Of a stretch of DNA of 28,410 nucleotides, positions 1 to 8,304 are shown one piece after another. The notes below the pieces were generated by a model that was not told where the DNA came from, made no database searches, and saw nothing but the letters and a program-made list of their open reading frames with translations. How positions within the stretch are numbered: the first letter of the stretch is position 1; every line of letters begins with the position of its first letter. Location of the stretch: the IMG/VR virus record IMGVR_UViG_3300034100_000009, positions 1 to 28,410 of that record; one strand, given 5' to 3'. The DNA comes from a virus. Lineage: Duplodnaviria > Caudoviricetes. The position numbers and the translations under genes were made by a program.

Positions 1-510
1 GTCTCGAACACAGGCGTAGTAGCCTCCGACACAACCGGGGTTGGTGCGGCCAGGTACGGACTTGCGGCGACAGGGTACGGAGGGGATAAGGCAATTTTCG
101 GGTATGGCTACACCGCAGGAGTAGTCTCCATGACCAACCTCGTCTCGAACACAGGCGTAGTAGCCTCCGACACAACCGGGGTTGGTGCGGCCAGGTACGG
201 ACTTGCGGCGACAGGGTACGGAGGAGACAAGGCACTTTTCGGATACGGCTACACCGCAGGAGTAGTCTCCATGACCAACCTCGTTTCAAACACAGGAGTA
301 GTCGCCACCGACACAACCGGGGTTGGTACTGCCAGGTACGGACTTGCGGCGACAGGGTACGGAGGAGACAAGGCCCTTTTCGGTTACGGCTACACCACAG
401 CAAACGTCTCCATGACCAACCTCGTTTCAAACACAGGAGTAGTCGCCACCGACACAACCGGGGTTGGTACTGCCAGGCGCTATCTTGCAGCCGCAGGGTA
501 TTCACTGACA
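1..510 (+). repeat. 141-bp coding tandem repeat, gene A
   Basis: Units start at 1, 142, 283 and 424. Units 1 and 2 differ at only a few positions. Confidence 0.95.
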
Positions 511-513
511 TAA
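1..513 (+). CDS. Kelch-like repeat (beta-propeller) protein A, 5'-truncated by window edge; putative tail or receptor-binding protein
   Basis: Frame is open from base 1 (VSNTGVVASDTTG...), so the ATG at 130 is internal to a repeat. About 3.6 copies of a 47-aa unit are visible. R-xx-LAAxGYGGDKA[LI]FGYG resembles the Kelch consensus R-xx-HAAAVxGGKIYVFGG. Stop TAA 511-513 overlaps the next ATG. Confidence 0.75.
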   Translation, partial: VSNTGVVASDTTGVGAARYGLAATGYGGDKAIFGYGYTAGVVSMTNLVSNTGVVASDTTGVGAARYGLAATGYGGDKALFGYGYTAGVVSMTNLVSNTGVVATDTTGVGTARYGLAATGYGGDKALFGYGYTTANVSMTNLVSNTGVVATDTTGVGTARRYLAAAGYSLT

Positions 514-1742
514 TGGAAAAGAAACCGATTGTAAATTACAGCGGAACGCTCAAGGAATTGCAGTCCGGAGACACCAGGATTGCTACAGGCGTACCCACGA
601 CCAACAAAACCTCCGGATTTACGGTCGTAGCCGCTGACGTCGGTAAGACGTTCCTGTGCTCAGGCACGTTTTCAATAGCGTTTGATGCAGCAGCCACCTT
701 GGGCAGTTCGTTCTACTGCACGATCATCAACACCGGCTCCGGGTCGATCACACTGGACCCGAACAGCACTGAGTTGGTAAACGGAGTTGCGACGTTTGTA
801 CTGGCGGTTGGTGAGTCGTGTCAAGTGTTTTGCTCAGGCACCGCGCTTTGGACTTGGGGGGTTACTTTAACTGCACCTCTATCAAGTACGCAGAAAGCAC
901 TTTTCGGTTACGGCTCAACCGCCGAGTATCTTTCCACGACCAACCTCGTCTCGAACACAGGTGTAGTTGCAACTGACACAACCGGAGTCGGCACTGCCAG
1001 GTACGGCCTTGCAGCCGCAGGGTACGGTGGGGATAAAGCCCTTTTCGGGTACGGCTACACCACCGCAAACGTGTCCATGACCAACCTCGTCTCAAACACA
1101 GGAGTAGTCGCCTCCGACACAACCGGAGTCGGAACGGCCCGGCGCTACCTGGCAGCCGCAGGGTATGGAGGGAATAAGGCAATTTTTGGGTACGGCTATA
1201 CTCCATCGTATGTCTCCATGACCAACCTCGTCTCGAACACAGGGGTAGTCGCCACCGACACAACCGGGGTAGGTACTGGAAGGTACGCCCTGGCAGCCGC
1301 AGGGTACGGGGGAGACAAGGCACTTTTCGGATACGGCCTTACTACAGCAGACGTCTCCATGACCAACCTCGTCTCGAACACAGGGGTAGTCGCCACCGAC
1401 ACAACCGGGGTAGGTACCGCAAGAAACTACTTAGCAGCCGCCGGGTATGGAGGGGATAAGGCAATTTTCGGGTATGGCTCAACCGGTGGGTATCTTTCAA
1501 TGACCAACCTCGTCTCCAACACAGGAGTAGTAGCCGCCGACACAACTGGAGTAGGGACTGCCAGAAAATATTTGGCGGCAGCAGGGTTTGGTGGGGATAA
1601 GGCAATTTTCGGGTATGGCTCAACAGGGTCATACTCATCACTTACTAACCTCGTCTCGAACACCGGAGTAGTAGCAACCGACACAACCGGCGTTGGTACG
1701 GCCAGGCAGTATCTTGCTGCGTCAGGATATTCATTAACATAA
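513..1742 (+). CDS. Putative tail-associated protein B: N-terminal attachment domain plus six Kelch-like repeats (6-blade propeller)
   Basis: 409 aa. The N-terminal ~125 aa (FTVVAADVGKTFLCSGTFSIAFDAAATLG...IINTGSGSITLDPNSTELVNG) resemble small beta-domains of phage tail/baseplate fibres. Exactly 6 x 47 aa follow (894-1739), ending GYSLT like gene A. Confidence 0.75.
   Translation: MEKKPIVNYSGTLKELQSGDTRIATGVPTTNKTSGFTVVAADVGKTFLCSGTFSIAFDAAATLGSSFYCTIINTGSGSITLDPNSTELVNGVATFVLAVGESCQVFCSGTALWTWGVTLTAPLSSTQKALFGYGSTAEYLSTTNLVSNTGVVATDTTGVGTARYGLAAAGYGGDKALFGYGYTTANVSMTNLVSNTGVVASDTTGVGTARRYLAAAGYGGNKAIFGYGYTPSYVSMTNLVSNTGVVATDTTGVGTGRYALAAAGYGGDKALFGYGLTTADVSMTNLVSNTGVVATDTTGVGTARNYLAAAGYGGDKAIFGYGSTGGYLSMTNLVSNTGVVAADTTGVGTARKYLAAAGFGGDKAIFGYGSTGSYSSLTNLVSNTGVVATDTTGVGTARQYLAASGYSLT
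894..1739 (+). repeat. Six 141-bp coding tandem repeats, gene B
   Basis: 846 bp = 6 x 141. Conserved core ACCAACCTCGTCTCxAACACAGG...GACACAACxGG (one ACT codon variant in unit 6). Confidence 0.95.
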
Positions 1743-1754
1743 AGTGAGGGCATA

Positions 1755-2333
1755 ATGGCAACGAAATTAAACACCGAGTTCAACTACCGATACCTTGTCC
1801 AAGGGGAGACCATCTGGGAGAAAATCAAAACTCTCAAAGGGTTCCTCGAAGGCCGCATCCGCGCCGCGGTGTTGGAAGAGGTCTCAATCAAGAAGAACCG
1901 CGCCAAGGTAGAGAAGCTCAAGTGGTTGAAGGACACAGGCGCACCGTTGCATGAGATCCTCGAACTTGAGGCAGAGATCACAGAGGTCGAGTCGTTCATC
2001 CCTTCTCAGGTGGAGGCGTTCGAGTTGAACCGAGAAGAGATCGCCATGCTTGAGCTGCTTCTCGCAGAGGCGTACTCCATCGCTGAACCGACAAGGATTC
2101 CTGGGTACTCAGACGAGCAGATGTTCGAGGCCAACGCAGAAGCCGAGTACACGCTGACCGTCGCCAAAGAGATTCAAGCCGAGTTGATCGCCAACGGACG
2201 GCCGTCCCCGGCCAAAATCAGAAACGCCATGAGCTGCCCTGCCACATTCAAGAAATTGCAGGAGTTCGGCTTGATCCCGAAGGAAACCATATTGATCGGA
2301 GGAAGCGATGGAACTCTATGTATTGGAGGCTGA
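1755..2333 (+). CDS. Hypothetical helical/coiled-coil protein following the Kelch genes
   Basis: 192 aa, Glu/Leu/Ala-rich. GAGG SD upstream. No recognisable catalytic motif. Confidence 0.8.
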   Translation: MATKLNTEFNYRYLVQGETIWEKIKTLKGFLEGRIRAAVLEEVSIKKNRAKVEKLKWLKDTGAPLHEILELEAEITEVESFIPSQVEAFELNREEIAMLELLLAEAYSIAEPTRIPGYSDEQMFEANAEAEYTLTVAKEIQAELIANGRPSPAKIRNAMSCPATFKKLQEFGLIPKETILIGGSDGTLCIGG

Positions 2334-2793
2334 CAGGTTCGAGGAGCTGTTCGGCACGCCGGACGCACCTACGCCGAAGAGCGATGTGGTGTTGATTGGG
2401 CAGAGGCCGGACTGTAGCGGGTTCCTTGTCCTATCTGATACCCCGTACCCTCAACTGATCGCGCAGACCTCAGTTCCCTGGGGCTTCGATTTTACCTACT
2501 GCCAGGCGTGGGGGCTGACCATAAACGATGAGGTTATCACGAGAGTAAAAAAGTGCGTTCGTGATAAACGAGTCGGGGAGATCGTAGTAACTACCAGCAC
2601 CGGCAAAGTGTTTGATGGGGACGAGACAAGCCAAGTACGAATGACAAGGACAGTTCTCGCCATGGCCGAGTTTAATATCCAAACCACTACATGGCGCATG
2701 GCAGACAACTCAGACGCAGTAGTGACGAGGGCAGAACTGGCGGAAGCCTTACTTCTCGCTGGTACTGCGCAAACCGGGGTGTGGTTCGTGTAA
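2308..2793 (+). CDS. DUF4376-like protein (tail-fibre assembly chaperone-like C-terminal domain)
   Basis: C-terminal half VTTSTGKVFDGDETSQVRM...WRMADNSDAVVTRAELAEAL...AQT-x-x-W matches the pattern of DUF4376 proteins found next to tail fibre genes. GGAGGA SD. Confidence 0.75.
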   Translation: MELYVLEADRFEELFGTPDAPTPKSDVVLIGQRPDCSGFLVLSDTPYPQLIAQTSVPWGFDFTYCQAWGLTINDEVITRVKKCVRDKRVGEIVVTTSTGKVFDGDETSQVRMTRTVLAMAEFNIQTTTWRMADNSDAVVTRAELAEALLLAGTAQTGVWFV

Positions 2794-2803
2794 GGAGGCC
2801 AAA

Positions 2804-3001
2804 ATGCTGAAACTTATCATCGACAAAACTCTGTGTGTCCGGTGTGGAAGTTGCGAGGCTTGGCTTCCCGAGCTACTTGACAAAGCATGGCGAGGTGTGC
2901 TCTTAATAAACGAATGGAATCCGGCAGTAGACACAGAAGCCGTGCAGAAGGCTGTTGACTGCTGCCCACTGGACGCAATTACTTTGGAGGTGGTGGAATG
3001 A
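2804..3001 (+). CDS. Single-cluster [4Fe-4S]/[3Fe-4S] bacterial-type ferredoxin
   Basis: 65 aa, acidic. IDKTLC11-xx-C14-xx-C17...AVDCC54PLDAI is the CxxCxxC...CP signature. Strong SD TAAGGAGG. Confidence 0.85.
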   Translation: MLKLIIDKTLCVRCGSCEAWLPELLDKAWRGVLLINEWNPAVDTEAVQKAVDCCPLDAITLEVVE

Positions 3002-3465
3002 TTACAACTCTGGTTTCTTTCTTGGGCGGGAGCGCATTTAGGCTGGTGTTCGGGTCGGTCATGGACTGGTTCAACAAGAAGCAGGACCACAATCAAGAGA
3101 TCGCACGGATGACCGCGCAGGCCAAGCTCGACGCAGATCGGCACACCAGAGACCTTGAGCGAATCAGGCTGCAATCAGAACTCGGGATCAAAGAAATAAC
3201 GATCAAGGGGGATGTAGAAGAGCAAAAGGTTATGGCTGATGCGTTCCTCGAGGCGGTGAAAGCAACAAAGGTTCAGACCGGCGTGTGGTGGGCCGACGCA
3301 TGGAACGCCATCATCCGGCCGAGCGGGGCAACTGTTTCACTTATTGCATGGGTTGTGGCCATGGCGGTTGCGGGGTTTGTCCTTGGAGAAAGAGACTGGG
3401 CGCTGATCAGTGCTTTCCTTGGCGTCTTTGTTGGAGACAGAATTTACACCAGAGGCAAGATGTGA
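2998..3465 (+). CDS. Holin-like membrane protein (3-TM holin type)
   Basis: One N-terminal and two C-terminal hydrophobic segments, WADAWNAIIRP motif, directly upstream of the endolysin, ATGA overlap with the ferredoxin stop. Confidence 0.65.
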   Translation: MITTLVSFLGGSAFRLVFGSVMDWFNKKQDHNQEIARMTAQAKLDADRHTRDLERIRLQSELGIKEITIKGDVEEQKVMADAFLEAVKATKVQTGVWWADAWNAIIRPSGATVSLIAWVVAMAVAGFVLGERDWALISAFLGVFVGDRIYTRGKM

Positions 3466-3917
3466 TCAAGCGGCTGACTTCATTTTTCATACTCGCCAAG
3501 CAGTTCGAGGGGTGTCATCTGACCCCCTACTACTGTCCGGCCGGGGTGCTTACTTGTGGGTGGGGCGCTACCGGGCCCGATGTATTCCCAGGGCGCAGGT
3601 GGTCGCAAGAGTACGCTGACATGAGATTGGAGCAGGATGCGGTTAAGTTCGCAGTCGGATCTCTCGGCGCCTGCCCAGCGCTGGCCAGCGAGCCGGACGA
3701 AAAGTTGTCAGCAATTACAGATTTCGCGTACAACCTCGGGCTTGGAGCATTGCGTTCCTCGACACTCAGGAAAAGAATAAACGCTCGGAGGTGGACGGAT
3801 GTGCCGGCCGAGTTGAACAAGTGGGTAAACGCCGGTGGTCGCAAATTGCGTGGGCTGGTAATTCGCCGTAAGGCAGAAGCTGAGTTATTTATGAAAGGGG
3901 ACAGGGCCGATGCTTGA
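3462..3917 (+). CDS. Endolysin, GH24 (T4/P21-type) lysozyme
   Basis: FEG-CHLTPYY-C-PAGVL-T-CGWG gives the E-x8-C-x5-T triad. Also DFAYNLG...SSTL and KWVNAGGRKLRGLVIRRKAE. Start reassigned to GTG 3462 (GTGA overlap with holin stop), giving 151 aa. Confidence 0.93.
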   Translation: MIKRLTSFFILAKQFEGCHLTPYYCPAGVLTCGWGATGPDVFPGRRWSQEYADMRLEQDAVKFAVGSLGACPALASEPDEKLSAITDFAYNLGLGALRSSTLRKRINARRWTDVPAELNKWVNAGGRKLRGLVIRRKAEAELFMKGDRADA

Positions 3918-4248
3918 GACGATTATTACCACGGGGATAGGAGCAATTATTGGGGCCGCAGTAGGGGGGGCCCTTACAGCCAAGATTGTGTCAGCAGTCA
4001 CCAAGGTAGAGCTTGCAAACCTAGCGGCGTCTACAAAGTCTGCACTTGAATCTATCGGCAAGCGCATAGACACCCACGAAGAAGCGTTCAGAAGGGTGAT
4101 CTACCGGGATGTCTGCGACAGTTGCAAAGACGGAAAGGACGAACGCCACGCCGAGGTAGTCCGAAGAATCGGGAGTTTGGAGGAAGCGTTCAGATCATGC
4201 TTCGATGATCTGGTAGGGGCATTGAGGGAGCAGGCTCATGGCCGATGA
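3910..4248 (+). CDS. Membrane-anchored hypothetical protein in the lysis cassette
   Basis: 112 aa. N-terminal Gly/Ala-rich TM helix, coiled-coil-like body with CDSC (CxxC). Confidence 0.7.
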   Translation: MLETIITTGIGAIIGAAVGGALTAKIVSAVTKVELANLAASTKSALESIGKRIDTHEEAFRRVIYRDVCDSCKDGKDERHAEVVRRIGSLEEAFRSCFDDLVGALREQAHGR

Positions 4249-4435
4249 TGCAGACCGAGCAATAGACTTCAACGCTCTCGCGCTTGCAGAACACCGCAAG
4301 GCTGAGAACCTCGGCCCGTCCCGCACTCACTGCTTAGAGTGCGAAGACCCTATTCCCGAGAAGCGTAGAGCAGCCGCACCTGGGTGCCTGTACTGCATAG
4401 AGTGCGCACAAGAACTTTACAAAGGACTTTCGTGA
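4238..4435 (+). CDS. TraR/DksA C4-type zinc-finger protein
   Basis: MADDADRA (DxxDxA) N-terminus and CLEC-EDPIPEKRR-AAAPGCLY-CIEC. Confidence 0.92.
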   Translation: MADDADRAIDFNALALAEHRKAENLGPSRTHCLECEDPIPEKRRAAAPGCLYCIECAQELYKGLS

Positions 4436-5883
4436 GCGAGCACACCCTAAAATACACCGCACCCCCAACGGTTGCGAAGTTCATGCGCTCTGACGCGTTC
4501 TTCCGCGGCATACAAGGCCCGGTCGGCTCAGGCAAATCGGTGGGGTGTGTCATCGAAGTGTTCCGGCAGGCGATGCAGATGCCTCCCTGCAAAGATGGGA
4601 TCAGGCGGTCTCGGTATGCAATCGTCAGAAATACTCGTCAGCAGCTTAAGGACACGACGTTGCGGACCTGGCTCGATTGGGTCGTCCCCGGGGTGTTCGG
4701 GAAGTGGAAAGAGTCAGAGATGATCTTCGAGATGCGCTTCGCTGATGTGCAGGCTGACATCATGTTCAGGCCGCTTGACTCGGCAGAAGATGTCCAGAGG
4801 GTACTGAGCTTGGAGTTATCAGGAGCGTGGATCAACGAGGCCAGAGAGACCCCAGTTGAAATTCTACAGGCCCTGATGAGCCGCGTTGGCCGGTATCCGA
4901 AGCGCGAAGATGTGCAGGACTACAGAGCGTTCGTTATTGCTGACACAAACCCTCCAGAGGTTGACAGCGCGTGGTACAAGATCCTTGAGCATCTTCCGCA
5001 GGAGGAAGGCAACCTCGGGTCGATCATGGAATGTGATTCGTTCGACCAGCCATCCGGGCTGTCACCAGAGGCGGAGAACGTAGAGAACCTGCGGAAGAAT
5101 TACTACGACGACCTGGCCAGGGGCAAGACCAAGGCGTGGGTGGACACCTACATCCATGGGCTGTACTCCCCAAGCCAGTCGGGCAAGCCGGTCTACAGCA
5201 CAGTGTTCAGGCCAGAGAAGCATGTATCAAGAACACCACTAAAGATCGATCCAGACCTCCCGGTGGTCATTTCTTTCGACTGCGGGCTGACGCCGGCGGC
5301 CACATTCAAACAGATGGACCTCACCGGTAGAGTGCGCGTGCTGCGAGAAGCCGCGGCGTTCGACATGGGGATGAAGCGATTCAGTAAGAATTACCTGCGG
5401 CCGATCATCAAAAACTTCTTTCCGAACAACCCACTGATCTTCATCGGCGACCCGGCAGGCAAACGCAGAGCTGACTCGGACGAGTCCAGTGCGTTCAAGG
5501 TGTTGAAGGAAGATTACGACGAGGACGGTGCCATCGTCAAGGGTGCATCGACTAACGACCCGAAGGTGCGCATAGAGGCCACCGAGCAGATGCTGACCCA
5601 GTATCCTGACGGAGAGCCTTTGATGTTGATAGATCCGTCCTGCAAATGGTATATTGAAGCACTGCGGAGTAAATACCGCTATCCGAAGCAGAAAGCATCC
5701 GGCAACTTCTCCGACAGCCCAGAGAAGAATGAGTGGTCGCACATAGCAGAAGCCGGACAGTACGGAGATTTGTACCTGCTGTCAGGAAAATATGACCCGG
5801 CAGACCACGTTCGGTTCGATCACCACCCAGACCCACTAAACTTATTTAGGGCGTACCGCCCTGCCCAACGCGAGGGGTATTGA
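4432..5883 (+). CDS. terL: Terminase large subunit
   Basis: Walker A GPVGSGKS, Walker B GAWINE, coupling motif DTNPP, RNase-H-like FDCGLTPA...GDPAG...KNEWSHIAEA. Start reassigned to GTG 4432 (AAAGGA SD, GTGA overlap), giving 483 aa. Confidence 0.93.
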   Translation: MSEHTLKYTAPPTVAKFMRSDAFFRGIQGPVGSGKSVGCVIEVFRQAMQMPPCKDGIRRSRYAIVRNTRQQLKDTTLRTWLDWVVPGVFGKWKESEMIFEMRFADVQADIMFRPLDSAEDVQRVLSLELSGAWINEARETPVEILQALMSRVGRYPKREDVQDYRAFVIADTNPPEVDSAWYKILEHLPQEEGNLGSIMECDSFDQPSGLSPEAENVENLRKNYYDDLARGKTKAWVDTYIHGLYSPSQSGKPVYSTVFRPEKHVSRTPLKIDPDLPVVISFDCGLTPAATFKQMDLTGRVRVLREAAAFDMGMKRFSKNYLRPIIKNFFPNNPLIFIGDPAGKRRADSDESSAFKVLKEDYDEDGAIVKGASTNDPKVRIEATEQMLTQYPDGEPLMLIDPSCKWYIEALRSKYRYPKQKASGNFSDSPEKNEWSHIAEAGQYGDLYLLSGKYDPADHVRFDHHPDPLNLFRAYRPAQREGY

Positions 5884-5884
5884 T

Positions 5885-7936
5885 GTGATCACCACAACCG
5901 AAGAACTTGCAAAACTCGGCAACCACCTGAAGAGCCAACTTGGCCAGTTCATCACCGACCGCCAGTTGGTCGAACTCCAGTGGTTGAAGAACCTCCGCCA
6001 ATACCTTGGTCAGTACGACCCTGATGTGCTCGCCAATATCCCGGCGGAGCGCTCTCATGTCTACCCAAGGGACACCCGGGTAAAGGTGAAGGGCGGCGTG
6101 GCGAAGATGATGGAGATGATGTTCCCGAGCCAGGACAGGAACTGGGCATTGTCTGTGTCTCCGAACCCGTCTATTCCGAAGGAGGCGTTGCAGGAGATCC
6201 TTGACACGCTCCAGATGCAGCAGGAAGACCCATCCGTTCCTATCCAGAGCGACCAGATTGAGCGAGCTGTTCGCGCGTTCGCTGATGCGCGGAAAGAGAA
6301 AATGGAGGCGCAGATTGCCGATCAACTCGCAGACCCAGGCATCGACTATCCTCAGATGTGCAAGCGCGTGGTGCGTACCGGGTATATCTACGGTTTCGGC
6401 GTGGCCAGGTCTCCGATGGTCCGCACGCAGCAAGAGCGTGTATGGGAGCTGAATCAGGCCCTCGGCGTTTATGAGGCCAAAGCAGAAACACACCGGCGCC
6501 CGTATCCCGAGTACGTTCGGGTGTGGGATTGCTATCCGGATATGTCGGCCAGGGCGTGGGAAGACCAGGAGATGATCTTCGAGCGGATGGTCCTCACTCG
6601 TCACGACTTCGGGTTGCTGGCCAAGCGGGACGACTTTAAGGGCACCGCCATCAAGGAATACTTGAAGGCACACCCTACAGGGAACTACACCGCCAAGACC
6701 TATGAGACAGAGCTGCACCAGCTCGCCAAGACCTCGAACCTCGCAGACCGCACAGCCAGAAGGTATGAAGTGTACCGAGCCCTTGGGTTCGTTTCAGCGC
6801 ACACCTTGCAGAACGTCGGCATCGAGGTAAAGGATTCAGAGCTGGACCAGGACATCCTGGCAGACCTCTGGTTCATCGACGATGTGGTGATCAAGGCCGA
6901 GAAGGCCGCGTTCGGGGATCGCCCGTCTGATCAGTACCATGCGTTCATCTACACCGAGGACGAAGACTCCGGGCTCACCGGGGTAGGCCTTCCGGAGGAG
7001 GTGCGTGACTCGCAGATGTCGCTCTGTGCTTCTACCCGCATGCTGATGGACAATGCCTCAGCCATCGCCGGGCCGATCTTCGAGGTGAATACTTCCTTGC
7101 TCGCCAAAGGGCGCAAGAGCATCGGGGCCATCCATGCCTTTATGACCATCGAGCGGGAGGGCGACGGAATAGAGGCCCAGCATCCAGCAGTTCGGGCGGT
7201 TACAACGCAGTCCCATGTGGCAGAGTTGTTGAACATCATCTCCATGCAGCGGCAGCAGTTGGACATCGAGAGCAACCTACCGGCGTTCACCATGGGAGGT
7301 GTCCAGCAGCCGCTTGGGGAAGCGTTCAGGACCAGCAACAACATGAGCATGATGATGGGATCGGCCAACATGGTCACGAAGGACACAGTTCGCGCCTTCG
7401 ACAAGTTCACAACCAGCCTCCTCACCAGCCTGCTTCGGTGGAACATGGAGTTCAACCCTGACGAGACCATCAAGGGAGACTACCAAGTTGTGGCCAAGGG
7501 CAACCTTTCTCTGGTGGCCAAGGAAGTCCGCGGGGCAGCACTCGATCAGTTCGTAAGCACCCTGTCTCCGGAGGAGCGGGCCATCCTCGACACATACGGA
7601 CTTCTCATTGACCGGCTTAAGGCGCGGGATCTCCCGGTTGATCGAGTTCTTCCGAAAGAAGAGGCTACGGCGATACTCAAAGGCATGCAGGAGGCAGCCT
7701 CCGCAGCCTCGCAGATCGATCAAGGACTCACCACAGCCAAGACCGAGAAGACCACGGCCGATGCTGAGAAGACCCGTACCGACACGCAGGTTATGTCGGC
7801 CACAACCGAGGCCACCATCCAAGAGATCCTATCTCGCGTGGAGAGCAACCTCGCCAACGCAAAAACCAGCCAAGATAAAGTACAGCTTGAGAATCTTCGG
7901 ACTCTGCTGTCAACGGCTACGGAGAAGAACCAATGA
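5885..7936 (+). CDS. Portal (head-tail connector) protein
   Basis: 683 aa immediately after TerL. Podoviral portal-like patterns (W..NLRQYLGQY, VWDCYPD, GVGLPE...SQ...RMLMDN) and a long helical C-terminal barrel-like region. Confidence 0.85.
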   Translation: MITTTEELAKLGNHLKSQLGQFITDRQLVELQWLKNLRQYLGQYDPDVLANIPAERSHVYPRDTRVKVKGGVAKMMEMMFPSQDRNWALSVSPNPSIPKEALQEILDTLQMQQEDPSVPIQSDQIERAVRAFADARKEKMEAQIADQLADPGIDYPQMCKRVVRTGYIYGFGVARSPMVRTQQERVWELNQALGVYEAKAETHRRPYPEYVRVWDCYPDMSARAWEDQEMIFERMVLTRHDFGLLAKRDDFKGTAIKEYLKAHPTGNYTAKTYETELHQLAKTSNLADRTARRYEVYRALGFVSAHTLQNVGIEVKDSELDQDILADLWFIDDVVIKAEKAAFGDRPSDQYHAFIYTEDEDSGLTGVGLPEEVRDSQMSLCASTRMLMDNASAIAGPIFEVNTSLLAKGRKSIGAIHAFMTIEREGDGIEAQHPAVRAVTTQSHVAELLNIISMQRQQLDIESNLPAFTMGGVQQPLGEAFRTSNNMSMMMGSANMVTKDTVRAFDKFTTSLLTSLLRWNMEFNPDETIKGDYQVVAKGNLSLVAKEVRGAALDQFVSTLSPEERAILDTYGLLIDRLKARDLPVDRVLPKEEATAILKGMQEAASAASQIDQGLTTAKTEKTTADAEKTRTDTQVMSATTEATIQEILSRVESNLANAKTSQDKVQLENLRTLLSTATEKNQ

Positions 7937-8304
7937 GCAAAGGGATTTGGCTGAACAGGTCGTTGATCGTATCCCCTATAAGGATGGCCTTGTGCAAAAA
8001 CGAAAAACAGTTTATGCAGGAGCTGAAGAGACTAAAAATCAACGAGTCTGAGTTCCCAGATTTCGTTTCTTGTGGGGCTGATGCTACCACACACTTCTTC
8101 ACGAAAGGGCGTGAAGAGTGCTGCATAGTGTGTTTACGAACAGCCAAAAACATTACGCGGGTGCAGGTGTACTCCCTGCTGGTCCACGAAGCGGTTCATA
8201 TCTGGCAGGCGGTTAAAGAGTGTATCGGTGAGGAAGACCCATCTAAGGAGTTCGAGGCGTATTCAATCCAGGCTATATCTCAAGAACTCATGGGGGCGTA
8301 CTAA
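7933..8304 (+). CDS. Hypothetical protein with HExxH zincin-like motif
   Basis: LVHEAVHIWQ...EFEAYSIQ; 123 aa; ATGA overlap with portal stop. Confidence 0.7.
   Translation: MSKGIWLNRSLIVSPIRMALCKNEKQFMQELKRLKINESEFPDFVSCGADATTHFFTKGREECCIVCLRTAKNITRVQVYSLLVHEAVHIWQAVKECIGEEDPSKEFEAYSIQAISQELMGAY

Noticed and set aside
1-1742. Diversity-generating retroelement (TR/VR pair)
   Set aside because: Differences among repeats involve all four bases and many synonymous sites, not adenine-specific changes. All copies are coding, and no reverse transcriptase is present in the window.
3285-3461. N-terminal extension (SAR or signal) of the endolysin as given in the ORF track
   Set aside because: It overlaps the holin gene by ~180 nt and is not protein-like. 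GTG 3462 gives a standard GH24 length with stop-start coupling.
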